Source of the DNA: a virus
Taxonomy: Duplodnaviria; Caudoviricetes
Reading direction: 5' to 3' (one strand)
DNA: 34,166 nt
Virus record (IMG/VR): IMGVR_UViG_3300045003_000152
Coordinates: 1 to 34,166 of that record
Positions within the stretch are counted from its first letter, which is position 1. Every line of letters starts with the position of its first letter. This document shows, in pieces, positions 1 to 8,390 of this stretch. The notes beneath the pieces were generated by a model. It had not been told where the DNA came from. It worked only from the letters and a program-made list of their open reading frames with translations, and ran no database searches. The position numbers were made by a program, and so were the translations under genes.

Positions 1-116
1 TCGTGTTGCGGCGAATGGTAGAGCGCCTTGTCGCCGCCGCGGCCGCGCTTGAGACCGAGGCGATCGGCGAGGTCGTGCAGGTCGATGCGTTGTTTCAGTT
101 CGTCGATCGAAGCCAT
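1..116 (-). CDS. CHC2 zinc-finger/primase-like phage replication protein (5' part, runs off window)
   Basis: Manual translation MASIDELKQRIDLHDLADRLGLKRGRGGDKALYHSPQH resembles a DnaG/CHC2 N-terminus; last gene of the early operon. Confidence 0.7.
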   Translation of the reverse strand, partial: MASIDELKQRIDLHDLADRLGLKRGRGGDKALYHSPQH

Positions 117-118
117 CG

Positions 119-382
119 TTATTGCTGTTGCTCAGGTTGCTGCTGGGTGTGGTCGGCCGGGTTGTTCGGCGTTGCGGGAGAGAAGACGAGCGCGCGCAGC
201 GCATCGGCGGACTCGGGAAAGCCGAGCGCGAGTCGATCGCTCAACGCAGCGACGAACAGGCCGAGCGTGCACTGGCGCGCGATGCTGCCGGGGCGATTGT
301 TGAAGTGCAGCGCGCTCGCGGCCGCAGCGATGGCGGCCCGCAGCGCCGCATCGTGCGGCGAGGTGTCGAGGGTGTAGTTCAT
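119..382 (-). CDS. Hypothetical early phage protein (87 aa)
   Basis: MNYTLDTSPHDAALR...; start overlaps stop of upstream gene (ATGA coupling), GGAG upstream. Confidence 0.75.
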   Translation of the reverse strand: MNYTLDTSPHDAALRAAIAAAASALHFNNRPGSIARQCTLGLFVAALSDRLALGFPESADALRALVFSPATPNNPADHTQQQPEQQQ

Positions 383-738
383 GCTGCTTCTCCGAGGATC
401 GCGAGCCGGTTGCGCGCGAGCTGATATGTGGCGAACTGCAGATCGGTGCGGGCCGCTGTCGCTTCGTCGAGCATCGTGCGCAGGCGGCGTCGATTGCGCT
501 CGACATTCGTCGTCGCATTCGTGATCGCGGCGGTGCGGGATGCGCCCGTGCCGGCCTGCATACCGGACGCCAGATGCGTGACGACCCATTTTTCCGGATG
601 GCCGTCGGCCAGATTGAGCTCGACGTGGATGCCGAAGGTCGCGCCGACGTCGTTCGGGATGACGACGTGCTCGCCGGCGACGGTGCGCAGGCCGGCCGGC
701 GTCAGCAGTTCGTAGCGGATGGAGGTGTCGATCGTCAT
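379..738 (-). CDS. Hypothetical early phage protein (119 aa)
   Basis: MTIDTSIRYELLTPAG...WVVTHLASG; tightly packed in early operon. Confidence 0.75.
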   Translation of the reverse strand: MTIDTSIRYELLTPAGLRTVAGEHVVIPNDVGATFGIHVELNLADGHPEKWVVTHLASGMQAGTGASRTAAITNATTNVERNRRRLRTMLDEATAARTDLQFATYQLARNRLAILGEAA

Positions 739-742
739 CGCG

Positions 743-937
743 TCACCCCCGCGGCGGGACCGACAAGGCGAGCGCCATGACGAGCGCAACCATCATGGCA
801 ACACCGATGACGAAAGCGATCGGCCGCGCATACCGGACGTCGAACAGGCGCAGGAGGTCAAACGCGATGGAGTAGATCCCGATGAGGGAGAACGAGAGCA
901 TCAGCAGCACGCCGATGCCGAAAACGTAGGGCTTCAT
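743..937 (-). CDS. Small two-TM membrane protein (64 aa)
   Basis: MKPYVFGIGVLLMLSFSLIGIY... with two hydrophobic segments; AGGA upstream. Confidence 0.75.
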   Translation of the reverse strand: MKPYVFGIGVLLMLSFSLIGIYSIAFDLLRLFDVRYARPIAFVIGVAMMVALVMALALSVPPRG

Positions 938-980
938 GGTGTGGTTCCTGTTGAATGCGCCGGCGGCCGGCGCGGGCAAG

Positions 981-1184
981 TCATTCGTCGACGTCGTTTG
1001 CGGCGCGGCGCTTCACGTCGGAAGCGCGCCGCAACCGGGCCTGTTCTCGGTCCTGCATCGCGCGCGCCGCGGATTCCACGACCAGGCGCACGGCGCGATG
1101 GCGGATCGACGTGTCGAAATCACCGACCATGCGCAGCCGATGCCACGCCGCGCGCAGGTCGACGTCGGTGAGGGGCGCGCGCAT
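981..1184 (-). CDS. Hypothetical early phage protein (67 aa)
   Basis: MRAPLTDVDLRAAW...DVKRRAAND; starts 4 nt after upstream stop. Confidence 0.7.
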   Translation of the reverse strand: MRAPLTDVDLRAAWHRLRMVGDFDTSIRHRAVRLVVESAARAMQDREQARLRRASDVKRRAANDVDE

Positions 1185-1188
1185 CGCG

Positions 1189-1383
1189 TCAGTGCATCCA
1201 GGCGAGCAGCGGTGTGCCGCGCGCGAGGTCCCACGACACGACGAAGCCGAGTGCGCGAGCGGACGCGACAAACACGTCCGCGCGCACGTCGGCGGCGCAG
1301 AGCTTCTGCAGGTATGCGAGGCGCTGGTTGAAATCGAGCGATGAGGCGAGGGCGGTGACGTGAGCGGGAGTCGGCGTTTGCAT
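1189..1383 (-). CDS. Hypothetical early phage protein (64 aa)
   Basis: ORF with GGAG Shine-Dalgarno; operon position. Confidence 0.7.
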   Translation of the reverse strand: MQTPTPAHVTALASSLDFNQRLAYLQKLCAADVRADVFVASARALGFVVSWDLARGTPLLAWMH

Positions 1384-1416
1384 GAGGTCTCCAGAATTTC
1401 AGGCAAAAGGAGTCCC

Positions 1417-1441
1417 TCGCGCCCGCGCGGGGCGGGTGCGA
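1417..1441 (-). terminator. GC-rich hairpin downstream of ogr (possible terminator/attenuator)
   Basis: TCGCGCCCGC-GCGGG-GCGGGTGCGA inverted repeat; only a short, displaced U-run follows on the minus strand. Confidence 0.3.
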
Positions 1442-1471
1442 TGGGTGCGAAACAAAAACTGCGATTACGGG

Positions 1472-1720
1472 TTAGGCGTCGATCAGCGGGAGCTGGCGCG
1501 GGTCGTGCGGTAGCCGGTCAACCTTGCCGAGAGGCAGGTAGACGGCCGGGTTCGGCGTCAGGCTCGGGGCGATCGTATGGACGGTGGCGACGTGAATCTT
1601 GTAGGTCGTCGCGCACTCGATGTTGGTGCATTGGCAATACGCTTCGCGAACGAGAGCGGACAGCGTGCGGCTGGTTCGAATAACGGCGCGGCTGCCGCAG
1701 TGATGGCACTTCAATTTCAT
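1472..1720 (-). CDS. ogr: Ogr/Delta zinc-finger late transcription activator
   Basis: C-x2-C (CHHCG) ... YCQCTNIECATTY pattern of the P2 Ogr family. Confidence 0.93.
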   Translation of the reverse strand: MKLKCHHCGSRAVIRTSRTLSALVREAYCQCTNIECATTYKIHVATVHTIAPSLTPNPAVYLPLGKVDRLPHDPRQLPLIDA

Positions 1721-1729
1721 TCCGGGCTC

Positions 1730-2008
1730 CTACGGGCGGCTGCATTCGCCGCGGCCTTGGCGGGCGCACTGGCAGAACATGCCGACTTCGCCCAAGGTCG
1801 CGACAGCGTCGAGGTATTTGCGGGTCACGCAGACGAAGCCCACGGCAGCGACAAGCGTGTCGATCTTGTCGATGACGATTCCCTTGCCGCCGCTCAGGAA
1901 GCGGCTGACCTCGGAGTCGTCCCATCCGAGTGCAGCTTGTACTTCGTGACGTTTGGGGCCGTGCAGCGCATGGCGCAGCGCGGGTTCGATAAGGGCGGGC
2001 GGCTGCAT
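1730..2008 (-). CDS. Putative HTH DNA-binding regulator (CII-like)
   Basis: HEVQAALGWDDSEVSRFLSG helix-turn-helix-like segment; second gene of early operon. Confidence 0.6.
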   Translation of the reverse strand: MQPPALIEPALRHALHGPKRHEVQAALGWDDSEVSRFLSGGKGIVIDKIDTLVAAVGFVCVTRKYLDAVATLGEVGMFCQCARQGRGECSRP

Positions 2009-2011
2009 GAC

Positions 2012-2248
2012 TCAACGCCCGGCAAAAGAACTTGCGTGCAGTTGAGCGGCCGGCCCGGTAACTTTGGCGCGGTATCGCTCGACGCCCTCGAGGTAGATCA
2101 GACGGGCGACGCTGGAGGTGGAGCGGTTCAGGAGCGTGGACAGCTCTTCGAGCGCACGGCGCTCGTCGGGCATCAGCCGCATGTATACGGGCTTGCTGGA
2201 CAGCACGCCGCGTGGTGAGCGCGTGATGGGGGCTTTCTTGCGGAGCAT
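2012..2248 (-). CDS. Small early regulator (ribbon-helix-helix-like, Cro/Cox position)
   Basis: KPVYMRLMPDERRALEELSTLLNRSTSSVARLIY fits RHH pattern; first gene divergent from repressor. Confidence 0.6.
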   Translation of the reverse strand: MLRKKAPITRSPRGVLSSKPVYMRLMPDERRALEELSTLLNRSTSSVARLIYLEGVERYRAKVTGPAAQLHASSFAGR

Positions 2249-2286
2249 GACGGTATACTTCCCTTCGTTAACCTTGCACAACCCTG

Positions 2287-2315
2287 ATAATACACACCGA
2301 TCGGTGTGTATGCAA
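2287..2315 (-). promoter_or_regulatory. Early lytic sigma70 promoter overlapped by 22-bp perfect palindrome (repressor operator)
   Basis: Minus strand TTGCAT-N17-TATTAT; ATACACACCGATCGGTGTGTAT at 2290-2311 is a perfect palindrome. Confidence 0.75.
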
Positions 2316-2330
2316 TAAAAAACAAACCGT

Positions 2331-2789
2331 ATGGTAAGTATCGGCGACCGACTGCGCGATGAACGGAAGCGCACGTCTCTGTCACAACGCGCGTTCGCTG
2401 AACGCGGTGGTGTGACGGAGAAGACGCAAGTGCTCTATGAAAAAGGGGAGCGCGTGCCGGATGCGATCTATCTGGAAAAGATTGCGGCCGCGGGCGTGGA
2501 CGTGCTTTTCGTTTTGACGGGGCACCGCAACTCAGCCGAACTGTCGCCCGATGAGGAAGTGCTGGTGACGGGTTATCGGTCCCTCGATGCGAAGGGCCGT
2601 GCTGGCGTGCTCGGCATGATCTCCGGGATGACGCAACAGGGAGCGACTGAGCCTGCGCCGGCGAAGAGCTCGAAGGTTCGCCAGAACTTTGAGGGTGCCA
2701 ACATCGGCCAGCACGTCACGGGCGATGTGACGGCGCCGTTCTCGATCAACATGGGCACTGCAGGGCGAAAGAAGAAGCGCGAAAGTTGA
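2331..2789 (+). CDS. Prophage immunity repressor, XRE/HTH_3 family, no S24 peptidase domain
   Basis: IGDRLRDERKRTSLSQRAFAERGGVTEKTQVLYEKGERVPD; divergent from early operon. Confidence 0.9.
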   Translation: MVSIGDRLRDERKRTSLSQRAFAERGGVTEKTQVLYEKGERVPDAIYLEKIAAAGVDVLFVLTGHRNSAELSPDEEVLVTGYRSLDAKGRAGVLGMISGMTQQGATEPAPAKSSKVRQNFEGANIGQHVTGDVTAPFSINMGTAGRKKKRES

Positions 2790-2838
2790 CCACAGCAGAC
2801 AACGGCAGGGCCAGCCGTAGGAGAAAAAAGGTAAGTCA

Positions 2839-3588
2839 ATGAATCAGAAGTTCGATGGAGAAATCGGGCAAGTCGCCGGCGGGGATGTGAAGAGCAACAG
2901 TGCGCAGACCAGCGTCAACGTGCACTTCCACGGTGGTGAGCCCAACGCTGTCACTACGAAGTTCATAACCGACAAGCAACGCGCCGCAATTGCGCGCAGA
3001 GCGTTCGAGATAGAAGCAAAGACGGGCACCGATAAATTGATGGTGTACCGACGCCTCAAGACCGTTTTCGGCTTCGAGTTTATCGAGCAGATGCCGCGCA
3101 GTACGTATGAACGGGCGATCAAGTACCTGGACAGCTGGATCCGAAATGGCAACCTCGGATACCCTCCCGATCCGTCCGGTGAACAGAAGGTAAAACACAC
3201 AGCTTCGCCTGCACCGACACCGCGTCGCGAGGCTCCTGCCCCGCGGCCGCAATTTTCAGCGTCCTCGGTTGCAATGGCATCCGCTCCTGTCACATCCCCG
3301 GTGAGCCCTGCCCTCATGCAACAAAATGGCAAGCCATCGCGGCGGGGTGCGGTGGCACTGGCTGGTGTCGCGGCGATAGTCGCTGCGGCTGGCGCGTACG
3401 TCTATGCCGACAGGCATCGTGTCCACGTCCCTCAACAAGTCCAAGCCGCTGAGCCGCCGCAATGCGAATACGGCGGCAATCGCTACTCGCTGGGTGGCGT
3501 CGTAATGCAGGCAGGGATTCGCCAGGAATGCGTTGCCGACGGCGAGCACGGGGCGAGGTGGGAACGGGCTAGCGGCCGCCGGCGTTAA
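2839..3588 (+). CDS. Membrane-anchored protein: ORF6C-like domain, Pro-rich linker, TM helix, small Cys-paired (DUF1496-like) C-terminal domain
   Basis: VYRRLKTVFGFEFIEQMPRSTYERAIKYLDSW; KPSRR then GAVALAGVAAIVAAAGAYVYA; CEYGGNRYSLGGVVMQAGIRQEC. Confidence 0.75.
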   Translation: MNQKFDGEIGQVAGGDVKSNSAQTSVNVHFHGGEPNAVTTKFITDKQRAAIARRAFEIEAKTGTDKLMVYRRLKTVFGFEFIEQMPRSTYERAIKYLDSWIRNGNLGYPPDPSGEQKVKHTASPAPTPRREAPAPRPQFSASSVAMASAPVTSPVSPALMQQNGKPSRRGAVALAGVAAIVAAAGAYVYADRHRVHVPQQVQAAEPPQCEYGGNRYSLGGVVMQAGIRQECVADGEHGARWERASGRRR

Positions 3589-3608
3589 TCGGCTGTTACC
3601 AAGGGCAG

Positions 3609-4748
3609 TTAGGTGCCATCGATCTCAGGCACCTCGCTCGCCTTGACTTCCAGATCGAGGTCCGATGTAAATCCGCCGTTACCGTCGAGCGTATGTGTAA
3701 CGCGCGCGACGATCCACTTGCAGTCGTCGATGACACGTTTGTAACCGCGCACGGTGACAGGCAATTCGGTCATCAGCTCTGGTCGGCCGAGCGCGAGCAC
3801 GATGCTGAACTCCGCAACGCCGCGTTGCAGCTTCTCCCATTCCGCCTTCGCCGCGCGCGTCGCGTTGCTCTTGTTCGCGTAGGTGTGCCGCAGCACCTTT
3901 ACGTTCTCGGCGGTGCCGAACAACACGTCGCCGCTCTTGTCGATCGGCTTCTTCTTCGTGGTGCGGCGCCTGCGCCGCTTCACGGTGGTCGACTGCTTCT
4001 TCGCGGTGCGCGTGTTCAGGTAGAACGCCTGCACGCCGGAATACGTGTCGCGATCGGCGACGCCGAACTCGTGGCGATCGCCAACGTCGCGCGTGATCGT
4101 GATGGCGGGCAACGGCTTGCCGCTGGCCGTCGTCGCCTCACCGGCCTTGATGAACAGCAGCTTTCCGTTCTTCACTGTCGCGATCGCATCGAACATTTTC
4201 GCCAGGCGCGACAACAGGTTCGCGTCCGACTCCGCGGTCTGGTCGATGTGGTCGACGAGCTGGCCGTCGAGCGCCTTGCTGATGCGCGCCTCCACCTTGT
4301 TCTGGCTCGCGATCGCGCGCACGATCGCGCCGACGGTCTGACGGTGCCACGATCGCTCCTTCTTGATCGACAGGCCTGCACGCAGATCGACGCTGCGCGC
4401 GCGAATCGTGAGCACGTCCGGCGTGCCGGTGTGCCGCACCTCGTCGACGACGAATTCGCCCTTGTCGACGAGGCCGTTTGCGGCACCGGCCCAACCGATC
4501 GCCACCTTCAATCTCACACCGCGGGTCGGAATCTCGAGCGCGCCGTCCGAATCGTCCAGGCTAATGTCGAGCTGGTCGGCTTCGAAGCCGCGGTTGTCCT
4601 GCAGCGTCATCGAGATCAGCCGGCCGTCGAACTTGTGCGAGATGTCCTTTCCGTTCAGCGTAATCGAGTAGATCGCGCACGGCACACGATCGTCGGCCAG
4701 GACGGTTTTCTGCATCAGGTCGGCGCCCGGCAGGTCGGCGAGGTTCAT
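3609..4748 (-). CDS. D: Tail/baseplate hub protein gpD
   Basis: LQDNRGFEADQLDISLDD, HIDQTAESDANLLSRLA; start MNLADLPG overlaps U stop. Confidence 0.93.
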   Translation of the reverse strand: MNLADLPGADLMQKTVLADDRVPCAIYSITLNGKDISHKFDGRLISMTLQDNRGFEADQLDISLDDSDGALEIPTRGVRLKVAIGWAGAANGLVDKGEFVVDEVRHTGTPDVLTIRARSVDLRAGLSIKKERSWHRQTVGAIVRAIASQNKVEARISKALDGQLVDHIDQTAESDANLLSRLAKMFDAIATVKNGKLLFIKAGEATTASGKPLPAITITRDVGDRHEFGVADRDTYSGVQAFYLNTRTAKKQSTTVKRRRRRTTKKKPIDKSGDVLFGTAENVKVLRHTYANKSNATRAAKAEWEKLQRGVAEFSIVLALGRPELMTELPVTVRGYKRVIDDCKWIVARVTHTLDGNGGFTSDLDLEVKASEVPEIDGT

Positions 4749-5173
4749 AGCGAGATCGCCTCCTTGATCGCGTCGGTCACGATGCCGAGCATGTCGATGT
4801 CGTCGTTGCGCGTGAGCGCGACCGTGAAATCGATGCGGCGCGCGGCGCCGTCCGGGAAAAACAGCGTGCGCGTCGTATCGATGTTGTCGATCGTGAACAT
4901 GCCGTAGATGTGGCCGGTGCCCTCGATTAGCGGCCACGCGGTGTGCTGGTCCGCCATCGCCTCGAGCACCGACAGCGACAGATCGCCGCCGGTCAGCTCG
5001 GGCAGCAGCACGCCGGACAGGACGATCGTTTCCTCGTCCTCGCCGACGTACTGCCGCGCCGGCTTCCGGCCGACACGGTTGTTGCTCGCGTAGCGCCAGC
5101 CGCGCCGGCGCTTCAGCTCCTGATAGGGCAGCGTCGAGAGGCTGAACACGAACAGCCCGAGCGCCATCATCAT
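4745..5173 (-). CDS. U: Tail protein gpU
   Basis: MMALGLFVFSLSTLPYQ...LSGVLLPELTGG...GAARRIDF. Confidence 0.93.
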   Translation of the reverse strand: MMMALGLFVFSLSTLPYQELKRRRGWRYASNNRVGRKPARQYVGEDEETIVLSGVLLPELTGGDLSLSVLEAMADQHTAWPLIEGTGHIYGMFTIDNIDTTRTLFFPDGAARRIDFTVALTRNDDIDMLGIVTDAIKEAISL

Positions 5174-5186
5174 GACAATCCCTCCT

Positions 5187-7931
5187 TCAATCCCGATCGC
5201 GCGCGGCCTGCGCGGCCTGCTCTTGGCGCATCAGCTGCAGCACCTTCTGCGCGAGCGCATTCGCGTCCATGCCGGGCGACGCGTACACGTTGATCGTGAT
5301 CGGCGCCGGTGTCGACGCTGGCGTGCGCGCAACGGCCGCGGCGATCAACGGCGGGCGGTTGTCGACGGTGAGGGGTGCGCCGCCGGCGATGGCCGCGCCC
5401 GTGATGCCGATGCCGGCGCCGGCCGCGACAATCCGCTTGCCGAGTTCGCGCACGGTCGCAAGCGGCCCGTCCTGGCCGTTGCGCAGCCCCTGCTCGAGAC
5501 CGGCCATCGTCCAGCCGCCGAGCGCGGCGAACACGCGGCTCGGCGAATGGATGCCGAGCCGTTCCTTGAACCAGCCGACCACGCTGTCGCCGGCGGACTG
5601 GATCGCGGTCTTCACGGCGCCCAGGCCGTTCGTGATCCCGTTGACGAGCCCCGACGTCAGATTCGAGCCGAACTCGGCGAAGCGTGCGGACGCCTGCGCG
5701 AGGCCGGCAATGATGTCGGCCAGCCACGTGCCGAAGGCGCGGCCGGCGCCGGTTGCGGCGTCGAGGCTCTTCTTGCTGGCATCGACAGGGGCCAGCAGTC
5801 GTGTAAGCCAGTCCCACACCCCTTTCAGGGCACCGGTCAGCCAATCGGCCAGGGGTTTGAGCGGCGCGAACGCGGCGCCGAGAATCGCGAAGGCTCGGCT
5901 CACGAGCGGCGCGAGCGGCTTCAGGCCGTCGGTGATCCCTTGCCAAAAGCCTGAGAAAAACGCCTTGATCGGCTCCCAATATTTGACGATGAGCAGCGCG
6001 GCTAGCGCGATGCCGGCAATCACGAGGCCGATCGGACTCGTCAATGCGACGCGGCCGACGAGCAGCAGCGTTTTGCCGATGGCGCCGAGCGCGCGCACCA
6101 GGACGCCGCCCTGAATGCCGAGCATCGACATGCTGAAGCGCACGATCGCGAGCGGCCCGAGGATGCCGGCGAGCGCGATCGTCAACGTGCCGAGCACGGC
6201 TAACAGCACGCCGAGCCCGGCCGCGCCGATCGCGACCGCGCGCGTGAAGTTGGGATACTGCTTCGCGAAGCCGAGCAGTCGCTCGAGCACGGTCGTCGTC
6301 AGCTCGAGCGCGCGGTTGTACACGGGCAATACCTGCTCGCCGATGACGGTGCGCAGGTTGCGTGCCTTCTCCAACGCGATCAGCTCGCGCCCTTCGGTTT
6401 GCTTCTGCCCGAGCGCGTGCAACTGGTCGATCCCGTACGCGCCCCGGTTCAGCTTCTCGTTTTTGTGAATCTGCTCGCGCTGCATGTACATCGTCGCGAA
6501 CAGACTCGCGCCGTTGCCGTTCGTCATGATCGTGGAGAATTCCTCCAGAATCTTGGCGTCCGACGTGATGCCCTTGGCTTTCAGCTTCGGCAGCAGCACC
6601 TTCTCCATCCATTCGAACGGCGACGCGTTGAACAGCTCCCCCTGGATCAGCGCACCGGGCTTGATGCGCTTCACGTTACCGATGGTGTTGTATTCGACTG
6701 ACTTCTTGTCGACGAGGCCCAGCTCGACCAGGCGCTTCGCGGCGCGCACGGTGGTCTTGCCTTGCATCAGGTTGCTGTACGCCGCTTGCACACCGGTGCC
6801 GGCCGCATGCCCGCCCATTTCCTGAATCAGCGGTTCCATCTGGTAGTAGAACGCGTCCTGGCGCATCTGTTTTGCAGCGACCTTGCCGGTCTGGATGAAG
6901 TTCCGCCATTCGTCGCCGCCGACGCGTCCACCGGTCGCGGTCAGCACCTGCTGAACCATGTTCGCTTCTTTGATGAACGCTGCCTCGGATTTCGTGCCGC
7001 CGCGCAGCTCGATCACCTTCAGCATGTTCATGAACTTCTCTTCGTTTTCGTGCCCCTGGCCGGCGCCGAACATCGCCTCGTTCGCGAACTTCATCTTCGC
7101 GAGCGTCGGCATCACCATCTGCGCGTGATGCTCGTCCGCGAAGATCGACATCGCGTCGCGCATCAGCGTCATGTTGTCCGCGATCGCGACGCCCGGCGTT
7201 TTCATTCCCCGCACGTAGCGCTCGGCGTCCTGCGTCGCGTGATCGCCGAGACCGAGCCCCTGAATGCGGCCGCGCTCGTTCTGGATTTTCTTCGCCTCGG
7301 CCAGCGGCTCGCGCAGATCGTCGAGAATGTGCTGACCGGTCGAGCGCGCGGCATATCCGCCGATTGCCATCTCGGCAGCAGCGCCACGCATGGCGCCCAT
7401 CTTCGTGCGCGCGGCCGCGATGCGCTGCTGACGGTGGTTCAGCGCGTCGAGACGGCGCGTCTGCGCATCGATGGCGCCGGTGGTTGCGGCGATGTCGTTG
7501 CGCAGAGTGCGCTCGTGCTGGGAGAGCTTGCTCGTGTCGACGCCGGCGCGCACGAGCCGATTGCGCAGCTCGTCAACGCCGGCCGATTGCTTCTTGAACG
7601 CGATACCGAGCCGCGACGACGCTTGCCGCGCCTTCGCCAGCTCGGCAATCATCTGCTGCGACGGCGGCCCGTACGCATGCAGCGACTTCGCGAGTTCCTT
7701 TACCTTCTTCTGCGCATCGGCGAGCTTCGCCGATGTGTTCGCGAGGCCCGTGCGCATCTCGCGGAACTCGCCGATACGCCGCTGCGTGTCGCTCAGCTCC
7801 TTCAGGCGCGCGCGGGTGTCGCGCAGGTCTTTCACCAGCGTGCGGTTGCGGCCGGTGATCTCGCGAATCGGGCGGCTCGCCTGGTCGAGCGCCTTCAGTA
7901 CCACTTCCAGACGAAGCGAACGGTCGCTCAT
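5187..7931 (-). CDS. T: Tail tape measure protein gpT
   Basis: 914 aa, Ala-rich helical; LEVVLKALDQASRP N-terminus and LGIHSPSRVF motif. Confidence 0.93.
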   Translation of the reverse strand: MSDRSLRLEVVLKALDQASRPIREITGRNRTLVKDLRDTRARLKELSDTQRRIGEFREMRTGLANTSAKLADAQKKVKELAKSLHAYGPPSQQMIAELAKARQASSRLGIAFKKQSAGVDELRNRLVRAGVDTSKLSQHERTLRNDIAATTGAIDAQTRRLDALNHRQQRIAAARTKMGAMRGAAAEMAIGGYAARSTGQHILDDLREPLAEAKKIQNERGRIQGLGLGDHATQDAERYVRGMKTPGVAIADNMTLMRDAMSIFADEHHAQMVMPTLAKMKFANEAMFGAGQGHENEEKFMNMLKVIELRGGTKSEAAFIKEANMVQQVLTATGGRVGGDEWRNFIQTGKVAAKQMRQDAFYYQMEPLIQEMGGHAAGTGVQAAYSNLMQGKTTVRAAKRLVELGLVDKKSVEYNTIGNVKRIKPGALIQGELFNASPFEWMEKVLLPKLKAKGITSDAKILEEFSTIMTNGNGASLFATMYMQREQIHKNEKLNRGAYGIDQLHALGQKQTEGRELIALEKARNLRTVIGEQVLPVYNRALELTTTVLERLLGFAKQYPNFTRAVAIGAAGLGVLLAVLGTLTIALAGILGPLAIVRFSMSMLGIQGGVLVRALGAIGKTLLLVGRVALTSPIGLVIAGIALAALLIVKYWEPIKAFFSGFWQGITDGLKPLAPLVSRAFAILGAAFAPLKPLADWLTGALKGVWDWLTRLLAPVDASKKSLDAATGAGRAFGTWLADIIAGLAQASARFAEFGSNLTSGLVNGITNGLGAVKTAIQSAGDSVVGWFKERLGIHSPSRVFAALGGWTMAGLEQGLRNGQDGPLATVRELGKRIVAAGAGIGITGAAIAGGAPLTVDNRPPLIAAAVARTPASTPAPITINVYASPGMDANALAQKVLQLMRQEQAAQAARDRD

Positions 7932-8104
7932 TCGTCGCCTCGCTCGTAGCGCTCGCGCGCGCGTTCGCGCCAGTCCATCAGCTCAGACAACGGCATGGCG
8001 GCCATCGCGTCAGGCGACCAGTGGAACACGAGCGCGATATCGGCCATCACGTCGTCGACGGTTCGAGGGAGGCGTCCGCCTTCGACGAGTTCGGCACCAA
8101 AAAA
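7928..8104 (-). CDS. E': gpE' extension made by -1 ribosomal frameshift (E+E')
   Basis: TTTTTTG slippery site at 8104-8098; -1 frame reads MADIALVFHWSPDAMAAMPLSELMDWRERARER to TGA overlapping the T start. Confidence 0.85.
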   Translation of the reverse strand, partial: FFGAELVEGGRLPRTVDDVMADIALVFHWSPDAMAAMPLSELMDWRERARERYERGDE

Positions 8105-8358
8105 CCGGCTACCTCGGTGCCAAGCTGGACGAGGTCCGCAGGGTCCAGGCGCAGCACGTCCTGCGTGGTCAGAACGGGATCGCTGATGCGCGGCAGCACC
8201 TTCGACAACGCGATCACGTCCAGCTGCAGCACGTCGGTCAGCGCGACGCCGCGCAGTGCGCCCGCGAGCGGCTTGTTCAGCGTGACAGCGGTGATTTCCT
8301 GCTCGCCGCGCTTGATCGGTGTGTCGAGCGTGATGACGGCGGATTGCTTCGATTGCAT
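8047..8358 (-). CDS. E: Tail assembly chaperone gpE
   Basis: ITLDTPIKRGEQEITAVTLNKPLAGALRGV...LPRISDP. Confidence 0.92.
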   Translation of the reverse strand: MQSKQSAVITLDTPIKRGEQEITAVTLNKPLAGALRGVALTDVLQLDVIALSKVLPRISDPVLTTQDVLRLDPADLVQLGTEVAGFLVPNSSKADASLEPSTT

Positions 8359-8390
8359 CGTATGGTTCCTCTGAGGGTAGGGGTAAGGGG

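Noticed and set aside
3693-7949. Long alternative-frame and antisense ORFs (e.g. 3693-4907+, 5170-6612-, 6762-7949+)
   Set aside because: Shadows of real high-GC genes D, U and T; Arg/Ala-rich with no recognisable motifs.
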